A stretch of 34,928 bases of DNA from Frankiales bacterium (GTDB lineage: Bacteria > Actinomycetota > Actinomycetes > Mycobacteriales > SCTD01): positions 1 through 34,928 of the forward strand of contig JAOPWK010000095.1 of the NCBI GenBank assembly GCA_025965735.1. The letters run 5' to 3'. The position numbers and the translations under genes were made by a program. Of this stretch, positions 26,377 to 33,635 are shown piece after piece. The notes under the pieces are model-generated. The model had not been told where the DNA came from and made no database searches. It saw only the letters and a program-made list of their open reading frames with translations. Every line of letters starts with the position of its first letter. Positions within the stretch are counted from its first letter, which is position 1.

Positions 26377-27546
26377 GTGTCGCACGTCCGAAAGCCCGGA
26401 CTGCGTCTGCGCGCCGTCAGCCTCGTCGCCGCCTGCCTGGCGCTCGCCGCAGGCACCACCTTCGCCAAGAGCGGCGCCTCCGCGCCCCTGGACGGCGCAC
26501 CGGACCAGGCCGCCGCCGACGTGCTGCACGTGGCCCGGAACCAGCTCGGCGACCCGTACGTGTGGGGAGCCAACGGGCCTGACGCCTGGGACTGCTCCGG
26601 CCTCACCCGGCTCTGGAAGACGGTCGGCGGCGCCGACGAGATGCCGCGGGTGTCCCGCGACCAGCAGGCCTGGGCGGTGCCCATCCCGCAGGAGCAGGCG
26701 CTGCGCGGCGACCTCGTCTTCTTCGGCCACCCGGTCACCCACGTCGGCATCGTGTCCGGCGGCGGCTACATGATCGACGCCGGCGCGTCCAAGTCGGCCG
26801 TGGTCGAGCGCCGCATCTGGACCGCCGGCGTGGTGCGGTACGGGCGGGTGCCCCGCCCCGGGATGCCCAAGGTCAAGCCGTGGACGCCGCCGCCGCTGCC
26901 GTCCCCGCTGCCCTCCGCTCCGGTGGCCGACTCGCCGAACGCCGCTGCCGCTGCGCCGCGCCCGGTCGCCAAGCCGGTCGCCAAGCCGGTCGCCAAGCCG
27001 GTCGCCAAGCCCGTCGCCAAGCCGGTCGCCAAGCCGGTCGCCAAGCCCGTCGCCAAGCCCGTCGCCAAGCCCGTCGCCAAGCCCGTCGCCAAGCCCGTCG
27101 CCAAGCCCGTCGCCAAGCCCGTCGCCAAGCCCAGGGGTGCCACCTCTCCCGGCGACGTCCTCGTCCCGCTCAAGGGCCTGCCCAAGACGCAGAAGGCGCC
27201 CTCGAGCAAGGTCGCCCTCAAGGCAGCCACCAACGCCAAGTCCGTCGCCAACCGCCCGGTCGGGCCGCAGGGATGGAACGACGTCTCGCTGGTCCAGGTC
27301 GCGTGGAAGCACGCCGGGGGAGGGGCGCTGCCGAGCAACCGCGACGCGCTCGTCGCGAAGGGCAAGCGCGTCGCCTTGGCGGATGCGCGGGTGGGCGACC
27401 TGGTCGTCTACGGCAAGCCGGACCGGCCGCACCTCGGCGTCTACCTCGGCAACGGCTACATGATCGACGCGTCGAACACCCTCGGCCGCGTCGTCGTGCG
27501 CCCCGTCTACGCCGCCCCGTCGGTCCGGCTGGTGCGGCTCGGCTGA
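26377..27546 (+). CDS. secreted NlpC/P60 peptidoglycan hydrolase with a second, Cys-less NlpC/P60-like domain and a (PVAK)14 linker
   Basis: GTG 26377 lies 6 nt after AGGAGG. The signal peptide has a possible lipobox (LVAAC). Domain 1 reads [18 protein letters not shown]...THVGIV...GYMIDA. Domain 2 reads [10 protein letters not shown]...[15 protein letters not shown] and has no Cys. Confidence 0.88.
   Translation: MSHVRKPGLRLRAVSLVAACLALAAGTTFAKSGASAPLDGAPDQAAADVLHVARNQLGDPYVWGANGPDAWDCSGLTRLWKTVGGADEMPRVSRDQQAWAVPIPQEQALRGDLVFFGHPVTHVGIVSGGGYMIDAGASKSAVVERRIWTAGVVRYGRVPRPGMPKVKPWTPPPLPSPLPSAPVADSPNAAAAAPRPVAKPVAKPVAKPVAKPVAKPVAKPVAKPVAKPVAKPVAKPVAKPVAKPVAKPVAKPRGATSPGDVLVPLKGLPKTQKAPSSKVALKAATNAKSVANRPVGPQGWNDVSLVQVAWKHAGGGALPSNRDALVAKGKRVALADARVGDLVVYGKPDRPHLGVYLGNGYMIDASNTLGRVVVRPVYAAPSVRLVRLG
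26962..27129 (+). repeat. perfect in-frame 12-bp tandem repeat, 14 units, encoding (PVAK)14
   Basis: The unit is CC[G/C]GTCGCCAAG, repeated 14 times. The only variation is the synonymous third base of the Pro codon, in the order G G G G C G G C C C C C C C. Confidence 0.97.
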
Positions 27547-27570
27547 GCGCTACGCTGCTCCTCGTACGAA

Positions 27571-27686
27571 CGAAGGGGAGTAGCCCCCTCACCGGTTGGT
27601 CGACATGCTGGCGCGCCCTCGGGCACGCCCGGTCAGCCGGGTCCACCTCTCCGTCCGCGGAGTCAGGTGGGCGGGCGAGACCTTCG
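27571..27686 (+). promoter_or_regulatory. yybP-ykoY (Mn2+) riboswitch aptamer
   Basis: The 5' side CGAAGGGGAGUAGCC (27571-27585) holds the conserved GGGGAGUAG. GGUUGGUCGACAUG (27594-27607) resembles the conserved UUGACAU segment. The 3' side GAGACCUUCG (27677-27686) closes P1 against CGAAGG. It lies upstream of a UPF0016 transporter gene, a known context. Confidence 0.75.
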
Positions 27687-27751
27687 GCCCACGGCAGACG
27701 ACTGCCGGGCCGGAGGCGTCGCCGCACCCGTCCCGGCCGGGACGGAGACGC

Positions 27752-28306
27752 GTGTACGCCTTCTTGCTCGCCCTCGGCGTGGTGTTCCTCGCCGAGCTGG
27801 GCGACAAGAGCCAGCTGCTCGCGATGACGCTCGCCGCCCGCCGCCCTGCGCTGCAGGTGCTCGCCGGTGTCAGCCTCGCCGCGCTGCTGCTGCAGGGCCT
27901 GTCCGCCGGCCTCGGCGCCGCGCTGGCCTCCGCTGTGCCGATGCGCACCGTCACGGTCGTCGCTGCGCTCAGCTTCCTGCTGGCCGCGGTGCTGACGCTG
28001 CGGCGCAGCGACGACGTCGGGCCGCTCACCCCCGCCCGCGCCGGGTCGACGGTGCTGCTGAGCTTCGCGGCGCTGTTCGTCGCCGAGCTGGGGGACAAGA
28101 CGATGCTGGCCAGCGCGGCCTTGGCGGCCCACGAGTCGCCGCTGTGGACGTGGCTCGGCGGCACCGCTGGCTTCGTGCTCGCGGACGCCCTCGCCATCGG
28201 GGTCGGGATGACGCTGTTCCGACGGCTGCCGGTCCGCGCAGTCCGTCTCGGCACCGCGGGGCTGTTCGCGGCGCTCGGCCTGGTGCTGCTGGCCGGCCTG
28301 CTCTAG
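27752..28306 (+). CDS. UPF0016 / GDT1 (TMEM165) family cation (Mn2+/Ca2+) transporter
   Basis: It carries two internal repeats, each with the E-x-G-D-K-[ST] motif (ELGDKSQ and ELGDKTM). GTG 27752 lies 4 nt after GGAG. The track start at 27596 would translate the riboswitch. Confidence 0.85.
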   Translation: MYAFLLALGVVFLAELGDKSQLLAMTLAARRPALQVLAGVSLAALLLQGLSAGLGAALASAVPMRTVTVVAALSFLLAAVLTLRRSDDVGPLTPARAGSTVLLSFAALFVAELGDKTMLASAALAAHESPLWTWLGGTAGFVLADALAIGVGMTLFRRLPVRAVRLGTAGLFAALGLVLLAGLL

Positions 28307-28351
28307 GTGGTGCAGGTCACGTTCGGCCAGCTCGCGGGCCGCCGGTCGTAC

Positions 28352-28378
28352 GGAACAATGGAGTGATCGCGCCGCGTT
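28352..28378 (+). promoter_or_regulatory. weak candidate ECF (sigma-R/H-like) promoter upstream of fprA
   Basis: The site reads GGAAC-aatggagtgatcgcgccgc-GTT. The spacer is 19 nt, one longer than at rbpA. It sits in a locally A/T-richer patch about 40 nt upstream of the fprA start. Confidence 0.3.
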
Positions 28379-28417
28379 CTGCGGAGCGGATCAAACCGTC
28401 GACGTCGAGGAGTGCTC

Positions 28418-29905
28418 GTGGCGCGCCCAGGTACCGAGGACCGCCCGCTGCGAGTAGCGATCGTCGGCGCCGGCCCCGCCGGCATCTACGCCGCCGACGT
28501 GCTGATGAAGTCCGACACCCCCGTCTCGATCGACCTGTACGAGCGCCAGCCCGCGCCGTTCGGCCTGATCCGGTACGGCGTCGCGCCGGACCATCCCCGC
28601 ATCAAGGGGATCGTCAAGGCGCTGCACCAGGTGCTGAGCAAGCCCGAGATCCGCCTGCTGGGCAATGTGGAGTACGGCGTGGACGTCAAGCTCGACGACC
28701 TGCGCCGCTACTACGACGCCGTCGTGTTCACGACCGGCGCCGAGAAGGACCGCGACCTGGACGTCCCGGGCGTCGACCTGCCGGGCAGCTTCGGCGGCGC
28801 GGACTTCGTCTCCTGGTTCGACGGCCACCCGGACGTGCCGCGCGAGTGGCCGCTGGAGGCGGAGTCGATCGCCGTCGTCGGCGCCGGCAACGTCGGCCTC
28901 GACGTCGCCCGGATGCTCAGCAAGACCGCCGACGAGCTGCTCGTCACCGAGATCCCGGACAACGTGTACCAGGGGCTCAAGGCCTCGCCGGTGCGCGAGG
29001 TGCACGTGTTCGCCCGCCGCGGCCCGGCGCAGGCGAAGTTCACCCCGCTGGAGCTGCGCGAGCTCGACCACTCGCCGAACGTCGAGGTCCTGGTCAACCC
29101 CGAGGACATCGAGTACGACGACGGCTCGGTCGCGGCGATCAACTCCGACAACCAGACCAAGCTCGTCGTGCGCGAGTTGGAGAAGTACGCGATGCGCACC
29201 GCCGAGCACGGCGAGGGTCCGCGCCCGCGCAAGCTCTGGCTGCACTTCTTCCAGTCACCCGTCGAGATCACCGGCGACGGCAAGGTCGAGGGCTTCCGCA
29301 CCGAGCGCACCGAGCTGACCGGCGACGGCAACGTCCGCGGCACCGGGGTGTTCCACGACTGGCCGGTGCAGGCCGTCTACCGCTGCGTCGGCTACCGCTC
29401 CACCGAGCTGCCCGGCCTGCCGTGGGACAGCCGCAACCACGTCGTGCCGCACGCCAAGGGCCGCGTGCTCGACCTCGACGGCAGGCCGCTGCCGGGCGTC
29501 TACGTCAACGGCTGGGTCAAGCGCGGCCCCGTCGGCCTGATCGGCCACACCAAGGGCGACGCGATCGAGACGGTCGGGTCGATGCTCGAGGACCTCGAGA
29601 CGATGCCGATGGCGGCCGAGCCGTCCGTGGACGCCGTCACGGACTTCCTGCACTCGCGCGGCATCGCCTACACGACGTGGGACGGCTGGCAGCTGCTGGA
29701 CGCCCACGAGCTGGCGCTGGGTGAGGCGTACGGGCCGGTCGGCGACAAGCCGCGCGAGCGCGTGAAGGTCGTCGACCGCGAGACGATGATCGAGGTCTCC
29801 CGCGCGATCAAGGCCGTCGAGGACGGCGAGCCGGGGGCCGAGCAGCGCCTGGACGAGGCCCTCGAGGCGGCCGACGCCCAGATCGCGGCGACGACCCCGG
29901 GCTAG
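28418..29905 (+). CDS. fprA: ferredoxin/adrenodoxin-NADP+ reductase (FprA type)
   Basis: The product reads RVAIVGAGPAGIYAADVL...YERQPAPFGLIRYGVAPDHP...VVGAGNVGLDVARML...GWVKRGPVGLIGHTK. GTG 28418 lies 5 nt after GAGGAG. GTG 28412 overlaps that Shine-Dalgarno. Confidence 0.88.
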   Translation: MARPGTEDRPLRVAIVGAGPAGIYAADVLMKSDTPVSIDLYERQPAPFGLIRYGVAPDHPRIKGIVKALHQVLSKPEIRLLGNVEYGVDVKLDDLRRYYDAVVFTTGAEKDRDLDVPGVDLPGSFGGADFVSWFDGHPDVPREWPLEAESIAVVGAGNVGLDVARMLSKTADELLVTEIPDNVYQGLKASPVREVHVFARRGPAQAKFTPLELRELDHSPNVEVLVNPEDIEYDDGSVAAINSDNQTKLVVRELEKYAMRTAEHGEGPRPRKLWLHFFQSPVEITGDGKVEGFRTERTELTGDGNVRGTGVFHDWPVQAVYRCVGYRSTELPGLPWDSRNHVVPHAKGRVLDLDGRPLPGVYVNGWVKRGPVGLIGHTKGDAIETVGSMLEDLETMPMAAEPSVDAVTDFLHSRGIAYTTWDGWQLLDAHELALGEAYGPVGDKPRERVKVVDRETMIEVSRAIKAVEDGEPGAEQRLDEALEAADAQIAATTPG

Positions 29906-30504
29906 TCGCGCCCGGCGCTGCTCGCCTCGTAGGACCAGGCGCGCAGGCTCCGGAACAGCGCGACCGGCTTCAGGTCCGCCGCGCCCAGCGTCGGCTCGAA
30001 GCGGATCTTCTCGCCCTCCAGGGGGGCGCCCAGCGCCAGCTCGGCCCAGGGCTGCCACGCGCCGAGCGGCTCGGCGGCCAGCAGCGTGAAGCCGTCCTCG
30101 TGCGGCCGGGCGCCGAGCAGCACAAGGCGGCCGGTGCCGGTGCGGTGGGGGAGCACGGCCGACCAGGTCGGGGTGAGCAGGCTCGGGACGAAGGCGTAGC
30201 GCCACGCGCTGTTGACCAGCAGGTCCAGCGGCCCGCCGTGCAGACCGAGGCCCGGCAGCCGCAGCGCGAACCCGTCGACGTCGGGCAGCGGCTGGGGGAG
30301 GCCGACCGCGCGGCTCAGCCGTGCCAGCCCCTCGTGCGACCCCGGCTCGTCGAGCAGGCGCGCGCCCCAGGTGCGGGTGGGGGAGACCGTCAGCGTGGCG
30401 GTGCGGGTGACGCCGTGCGGGTGGAAGACGCGGGCGCCGCGCAGGGCGGTGCCGACGCCGAGGGTGGTAGCGAAGGCGACTCGGGGCAGGGTGAGGAGGT
30501 CCAC
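29902..30504 (-). CDS. hypothetical protein (200 aa)
   Basis: ATG start with G/C-biased third positions. The N-terminal RGARVFHPHGV loosely recalls the R-x-x-H-x-x-G distal-His motif of catalase-related proteins, but I cannot establish homology by eye. Confidence 0.6.
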   Translation of the reverse strand: MDLLTLPRVAFATTLGVGTALRGARVFHPHGVTRTATLTVSPTRTWGARLLDEPGSHEGLARLSRAVGLPQPLPDVDGFALRLPGLGLHGGPLDLLVNSAWRYAFVPSLLTPTWSAVLPHRTGTGRLVLLGARPHEDGFTLLAAEPLGAWQPWAELALGAPLEGEKIRFEPTLGAADLKPVALFRSLRAWSYEASSAGRD

Positions 30505-30513
30505 CCTGGCTGC

Positions 30514-30639
30514 CTACCCGCGCGGGCGCGCCAGTCCCAGGTCCGGACGCAAGCCGGGGAACACCTGCGTCAGCGCGCTCTCCGGCACCCCGGCGCGGCG
30601 GACGAGCAGCTCGCCCACGACGGAGCGGAAGTCGGTCAT
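30514..30639 (-). CDS. possible small ORF (41 aa from the ATG; the open frame extends upstream to 30729)
   Basis: MTDFRSVVGELLVRRAGVPESALTQVFPGLRPDLGLARPRG has G/C-rich third positions and ends 10 nt before the 200-aa gene. There is no convincing Shine-Dalgarno and I recognise no family. Confidence 0.3.
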   Translation of the reverse strand: MTDFRSVVGELLVRRAGVPESALTQVFPGLRPDLGLARPRG

Positions 30640-30723
30640 ACCGGCCAGGTCGCCGTGGTCGAGCGCGGCCTCGGCAGCCCGGGCCAGCGGCCGTGCACCC
30701 TGCCGCCGACCAGCCGCCGCGCA

Positions 30724-30789
30724 CGCCGATCATGCAGGTGTGGCACGCGGTCCACGCTCAGGGGGCGTGTCAGACCTGCATGATCGGCG
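30724..30789. repeat. 66-bp palindromic element, copy B (25-nt arms, 16-nt spacer)
   Basis: Left arm is CGCCGATCATGCAGGTGTGGCACGC, with a 16-nt spacer, and right arm is GCGTGTCAGACCTGCATGATCGGCG. The arms form 23 Watson-Crick pairs plus one G-T out of 25. Identity to copy A is 21/25 (left arm) and 22/25 (right arm). Confidence 0.85.
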
Positions 30790-30798
30790 CGGAGTCGG

Positions 30799-31038
30799 TC
30801 ACGGGTCCTCGGGCAGGACGACGGCGCCGAGCTGGTGCTGCACCAGACCGAGCACCTGGCCTGGCGTCAGCGGCGGGTCCTCGGGCTCCGGCGGCGCGTC
30901 CTCGGGTGCAGGCTCCGCCGGCTCCATCCCGGCGATCCACGCGGCGAGCTGCGCCTGATGCCGCTCCACGACGAGCTCCTCGAGCAGGTCTTCCTCCTGC
31001 GCGGCGGGCACCGCCTCGTACAGCCGCTCGAGCTCCAC
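30799..31038 (-). CDS. hypothetical small acidic protein (79 aa)
   Basis: An in-frame GTG at 31038 follows GGCAGGATGGG. Third positions downstream are strongly G/C-biased. The track start (TTG 31146) would translate an A/T-rich patch (LLYIVSIIGIRRK), so it was rejected. Confidence 0.5.
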   Translation of the reverse strand: MELERLYEAVPAAQEEDLLEELVVERHQAQLAAWIAGMEPAEPAPEDAPPEPEDPPLTPGQVLGLVQHQLGAVVLPEDP

Positions 31039-31184
31039 CGGCCCATCCTGCCACTTCCGCCTAATGCCGATAATCGACACTATGTAAAGCAAGGCTCTGG
31101 AGCCGCTCCCCGGACGCGACAGCGCCCGGCGGGACGAGGTGCTCAAGCCCCTCCCGCCGGGCGCGGCCCGGTGTGCGGTTGCCC

Positions 31185-31814
31185 CTAGAGCGTCAGGAAG
31201 ACCTGGACGCCGTAGACGCGGCCGTTCGAGGTGGTGACGTCACCGACGCCGAGGTGCGTGTAGGCCGGGTTGAGGATGTTGGCGCGGTGGCCGGCCGAGT
31301 CCATCCACATCTGGACGAGCTGCTCGGGGCTGACGTTGCCGTAGGCGACGTTCTCGCCGACGCCGCGGGCACCGCAGGTGCTCAGGATGGGCGACAGCGC
31401 CTGGTGCGACAGGCTGCCGGCCGCGGCGAGCTTGCCTGCCCAGCTGTCGGCGAAGCCGTTGGCGCAGCTGGAGAAGCGCAGCGCGCGCAGGCCGCGGCTG
31501 GTGCGCTGGGCGTTCGTCAGGGCGAGCACGCGGTCCTGGTAGCTGGCCGTGGCGACCGGGCCGGTCACCACGGGAGCCGGGGCGACGGGCGCCGGGGCGG
31601 GCGCCGAGTACGTGGTGCGGGGAGCCTGGACGACAGTGGGCTTGGCGGCGGCAAGACGCGCCGCCCGCTTCACCCGCTTGGCCTCGGAGGTCTTGTACGT
31701 CTTGGCCATGCCGGAGACGCGCGGCATCGCGTCGCCGGCCGTCGCGGCGGATGCGCTGACGGGGACGAGCACCACGCCGGCCAGGATGGCGACGGAGAGC
31801 GAGCGCAGACGCAT
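31185..31814 (-). CDS. secreted CAP/SCP (cysteine-rich secretory protein family) domain protein
   Basis: It has a signal peptide (MRLRSLSVAILAGVVLVPVSASA), a Pro/Ala-rich linker, and a C-terminal CAP domain (NAQRTSRGLRAL...GENVAYG...MWMDSAGHRANILNPAYTHLGVG). Confidence 0.85.
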   Translation of the reverse strand: MRLRSLSVAILAGVVLVPVSASAATAGDAMPRVSGMAKTYKTSEAKRVKRAARLAAAKPTVVQAPRTTYSAPAPAPVAPAPVVTGPVATASYQDRVLALTNAQRTSRGLRALRFSSCANGFADSWAGKLAAAGSLSHQALSPILSTCGARGVGENVAYGNVSPEQLVQMWMDSAGHRANILNPAYTHLGVGDVTTSNGRVYGVQVFLTL

Positions 31815-31939
31815 GGGAAAAGCCTCACCTCGGGAGCAGTTGTCCGGTTCTTCGGCAGTGCCCGTGACTACCTTGAGTGATGAGAACCGGCGTGACGTGA
31901 CGCTCCGTGACTCCCCCGGGTCTGCGGAAGGATGGCGGC

Positions 31940-32422
31940 ATGAGTGACCGCCCGCTGGCCGTGTTCGACATCGACGGGGTCCTGGCCGACGTCCGGCACC
32001 GGCTGCGCTTCGTGGAGCGCAAGCCCAAGGACTGGGACGCCTTCTTCGATGCGGCGGTGGACGACCCGCCGCTCGCGAAGGGGGTGGCGCTGGCGGTCGC
32101 CAGCGCGCAGGACTGCGAGGTCGTGTACGTCACCGGGCGGCCCGAGCGGTGCCGGCAGGACACGCTGGCCTGGTTCGCGCGGCACGGACTGCCGGAGGGA
32201 AGGCTGTCGATGCGGCGCGGTCGCGACTTCCGCCCGGCGCGGGTGGCCAAGCTCGAGCTGCTGCGCCGGCTGGCCGGCGACCGCACCGTCGCGGTGGTCG
32301 TGGACGACGACGAGCAGGTCTGCGACGCCTACGAAGCGGCCGGCTTCCGGGTGCTGCGGGCGCGGTGGATGAGCGAGGAGCCGGTCCTGCAGCAGGCTCA
32401 GGAGGAGGAGGGCCGCACCTGA
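31940..32422 (+). CDS. HAD-superfamily phosphatase (PNK-phosphatase-like)
   Basis: The DxDG motif AVFDIDGVLAD sits at the N-terminus, with TGRPE and VDDD motifs later. ATG 31940 follows AAGGATGG. The track start at GTG 31907 is possible. Confidence 0.75.
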   Translation: MSDRPLAVFDIDGVLADVRHRLRFVERKPKDWDAFFDAAVDDPPLAKGVALAVASAQDCEVVYVTGRPERCRQDTLAWFARHGLPEGRLSMRRGRDFRPARVAKLELLRRLAGDRTVAVVVDDDEQVCDAYEAAGFRVLRARWMSEEPVLQQAQEEEGRT

Positions 32423-33546
32423 GCGGTCGTCCCCGGGCCCAAGGCCCGGAGCACCGGACCTGCCTTGGCGTGCGCCTCGTCGACCTCCCCCGCCGGGTCG
32501 CTGCTCCAGGTGATGCCCCCGCCGGCCCACAGGTGCACCCGCTGATCGTCGGCCGCGATGGTGCGGATCGTCAGCCCGAGGTCGAGCCCGGCAGCGGTCA
32601 CCGTCCCGAACGCCCCCATCGAGGGGCCGCGCCCTACCGGCTCGAGCCCGGCCAGCAGCGCGCACGCCGCCCGCTTCGGCGCACCGGTGACCGAGCCCCC
32701 GGGCAGCAGCGCGCGCAGCACTTCCGGCACCCCTACCCCCGGCCGCAGCTGCGCGGCGACGGTGGACGAGGCCTGCCAGAGGCCGGACCACTCGTACAGC
32801 GCGAACAGCTCCTCGACCTGCACGCTGCCGGTGACGGCCACCCGGGACAAGTCGTTGCGCTCCAGGTCGACGATCATCACGTGCTCGGCCCGGTCCTTGC
32901 CGCTGGCCCGCAGCAGCTCGTCGGAGCCGGGCGCCACGCGCAGCGTCCCCTTGATCGGCACCGTGGTGATGCGGTCCCCCAGAACCCGGACGAGCTGCTC
33001 CGGCGAGGCGCAGCCGGCAGCCCAGCCGTCCCCCGACAGCACTCCCCCGTAGGTCGCCCCGGGCAGGGCAGCCACCGCGTGCGCCAGGTCCAGCGGCCGG
33101 CCGCGGTGCGGGGCGCTGCGGTGGCCGACCACGTTCGCCTGGTAGAGCTCGCCGCGGGCGATGGCCTCCCGCACGACGTCCACCGCGGCGGCGTGCTCGG
33201 CGTCGGACCAGGAGGTGGCCCACTCCCCCACCTCCAGCGGCCCTGGTTCCTGCCCGGGCGCCTCCCCCGGCTCCAGGGCCACGGCCACCAGCTCCGGCAC
33301 CGCCGGCACCGGCGACGGCCGTCCCTCGGGCAGCCCTGCCAGCCGCGCGCAGCCCTGCGCCCCGACCAGCAGGCCGACAGCTCTGTCCGAGCGCACGTGC
33401 TCGGCCAGGAAGCCCTCGAGCAGCGCCACCGGATCGCCCGCGTCCTCGGCGCGCCACTCGAGCCGGGCGGCCTCGCGGTGCCAGCCTGCAGGTGTGCCCG
33501 GCGGCCGGACGGCCAGTTGTCCCCCGACGTGGTGTTCAGGCTTCAC
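32398..33546 (-). CDS. chorismate-binding enzyme (aminodeoxychorismate/anthranilate synthase component I-like)
   Basis: The C-terminal half reads SPEQLVRV...VPIKGT...KDRAEHVMIVDLERNDLSRV...LPGGSVTGAPK...GPSMGAFG...IRT...AGGGITWSSDP. At 382 aa it is short for the family. The start is GTG. Confidence 0.85.
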   Translation of the reverse strand: MKPEHHVGGQLAVRPPGTPAGWHREAARLEWRAEDAGDPVALLEGFLAEHVRSDRAVGLLVGAQGCARLAGLPEGRPSPVPAVPELVAVALEPGEAPGQEPGPLEVGEWATSWSDAEHAAAVDVVREAIARGELYQANVVGHRSAPHRGRPLDLAHAVAALPGATYGGVLSGDGWAAGCASPEQLVRVLGDRITTVPIKGTLRVAPGSDELLRASGKDRAEHVMIVDLERNDLSRVAVTGSVQVEELFALYEWSGLWQASSTVAAQLRPGVGVPEVLRALLPGGSVTGAPKRAACALLAGLEPVGRGPSMGAFGTVTAAGLDLGLTIRTIAADDQRVHLWAGGGITWSSDPAGEVDEAHAKAGPVLRALGPGTTAQVRPSSS

Positions 33547-33635
33547 AGGACACGTCCGAAGACCAGTGTGACGCGAAGCACATGCAGCACCGCACGGACC
33601 GGCTCGTCCCGCACACCCTGACCTGGAGCACGACG

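Noticed and set aside
26962-27129. Considered whether the regular repeat array is a CRISPR.
   Set aside because: The units are 12 bp and directly abutting, with no spacers. They are in frame inside a CDS, and no cas genes are present.
27596-27751. N-terminal 52 codons of the track ORF for the UPF0016 transporter.
   Set aside because: This segment overlaps the yybP-ykoY aptamer and its downstream hairpins. A GTG with a GGAG Shine-Dalgarno at 27752 gives a protein starting right at the first TM and EXGDK repeat.
26766-27827. ORFs translating as (GLAT)n on the minus strand and (RQAG)n in another plus frame.
   Set aside because: These are the other reading frames of the 12-bp tandem repeat. The (PVAK)n frame is continuous with two recognisable NlpC/P60 domains, so it is the real one.
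27667-29724. 685-aa plus-strand ORF spanning the transporter and fprA.
   Set aside because: It is off-frame relative to two confidently recognised genes, crosses their intergenic region, and has Arg/Ala/Gly/Pro-rich composition. The same reasoning rejects 810-2120(-), 227-1456(+), 2174-3535(+), 2475-3626(-), 6826-8220(-), 7874-9271(+), 12350-14491(+), 13746-15242(+), 13765-15666(-), 20685-22319(+), 22411-23859(-), 24981-26348(-), 29255-30733(-) and 31868-33457(-).
30514-31038. Hypothesis that one gene was split by insertion of palindrome copy B, since the flanking ORFs share a frame.
   Set aside because: The upstream ORF's TGA (30799-30801) lies outside the element, so excising the element would not restore a continuous frame. 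Same-frame coincidence has a 1-in-3 prior.
31039-31146. TTG-initiated N-terminal extension of the small acidic ORF.
   Set aside because: It would translate the A/T-rich island into LLYIVSIIGIRRKW, with codon usage unlike the rest of the genome. An in-frame GTG with an upstream purine-rich run exists at 31038.
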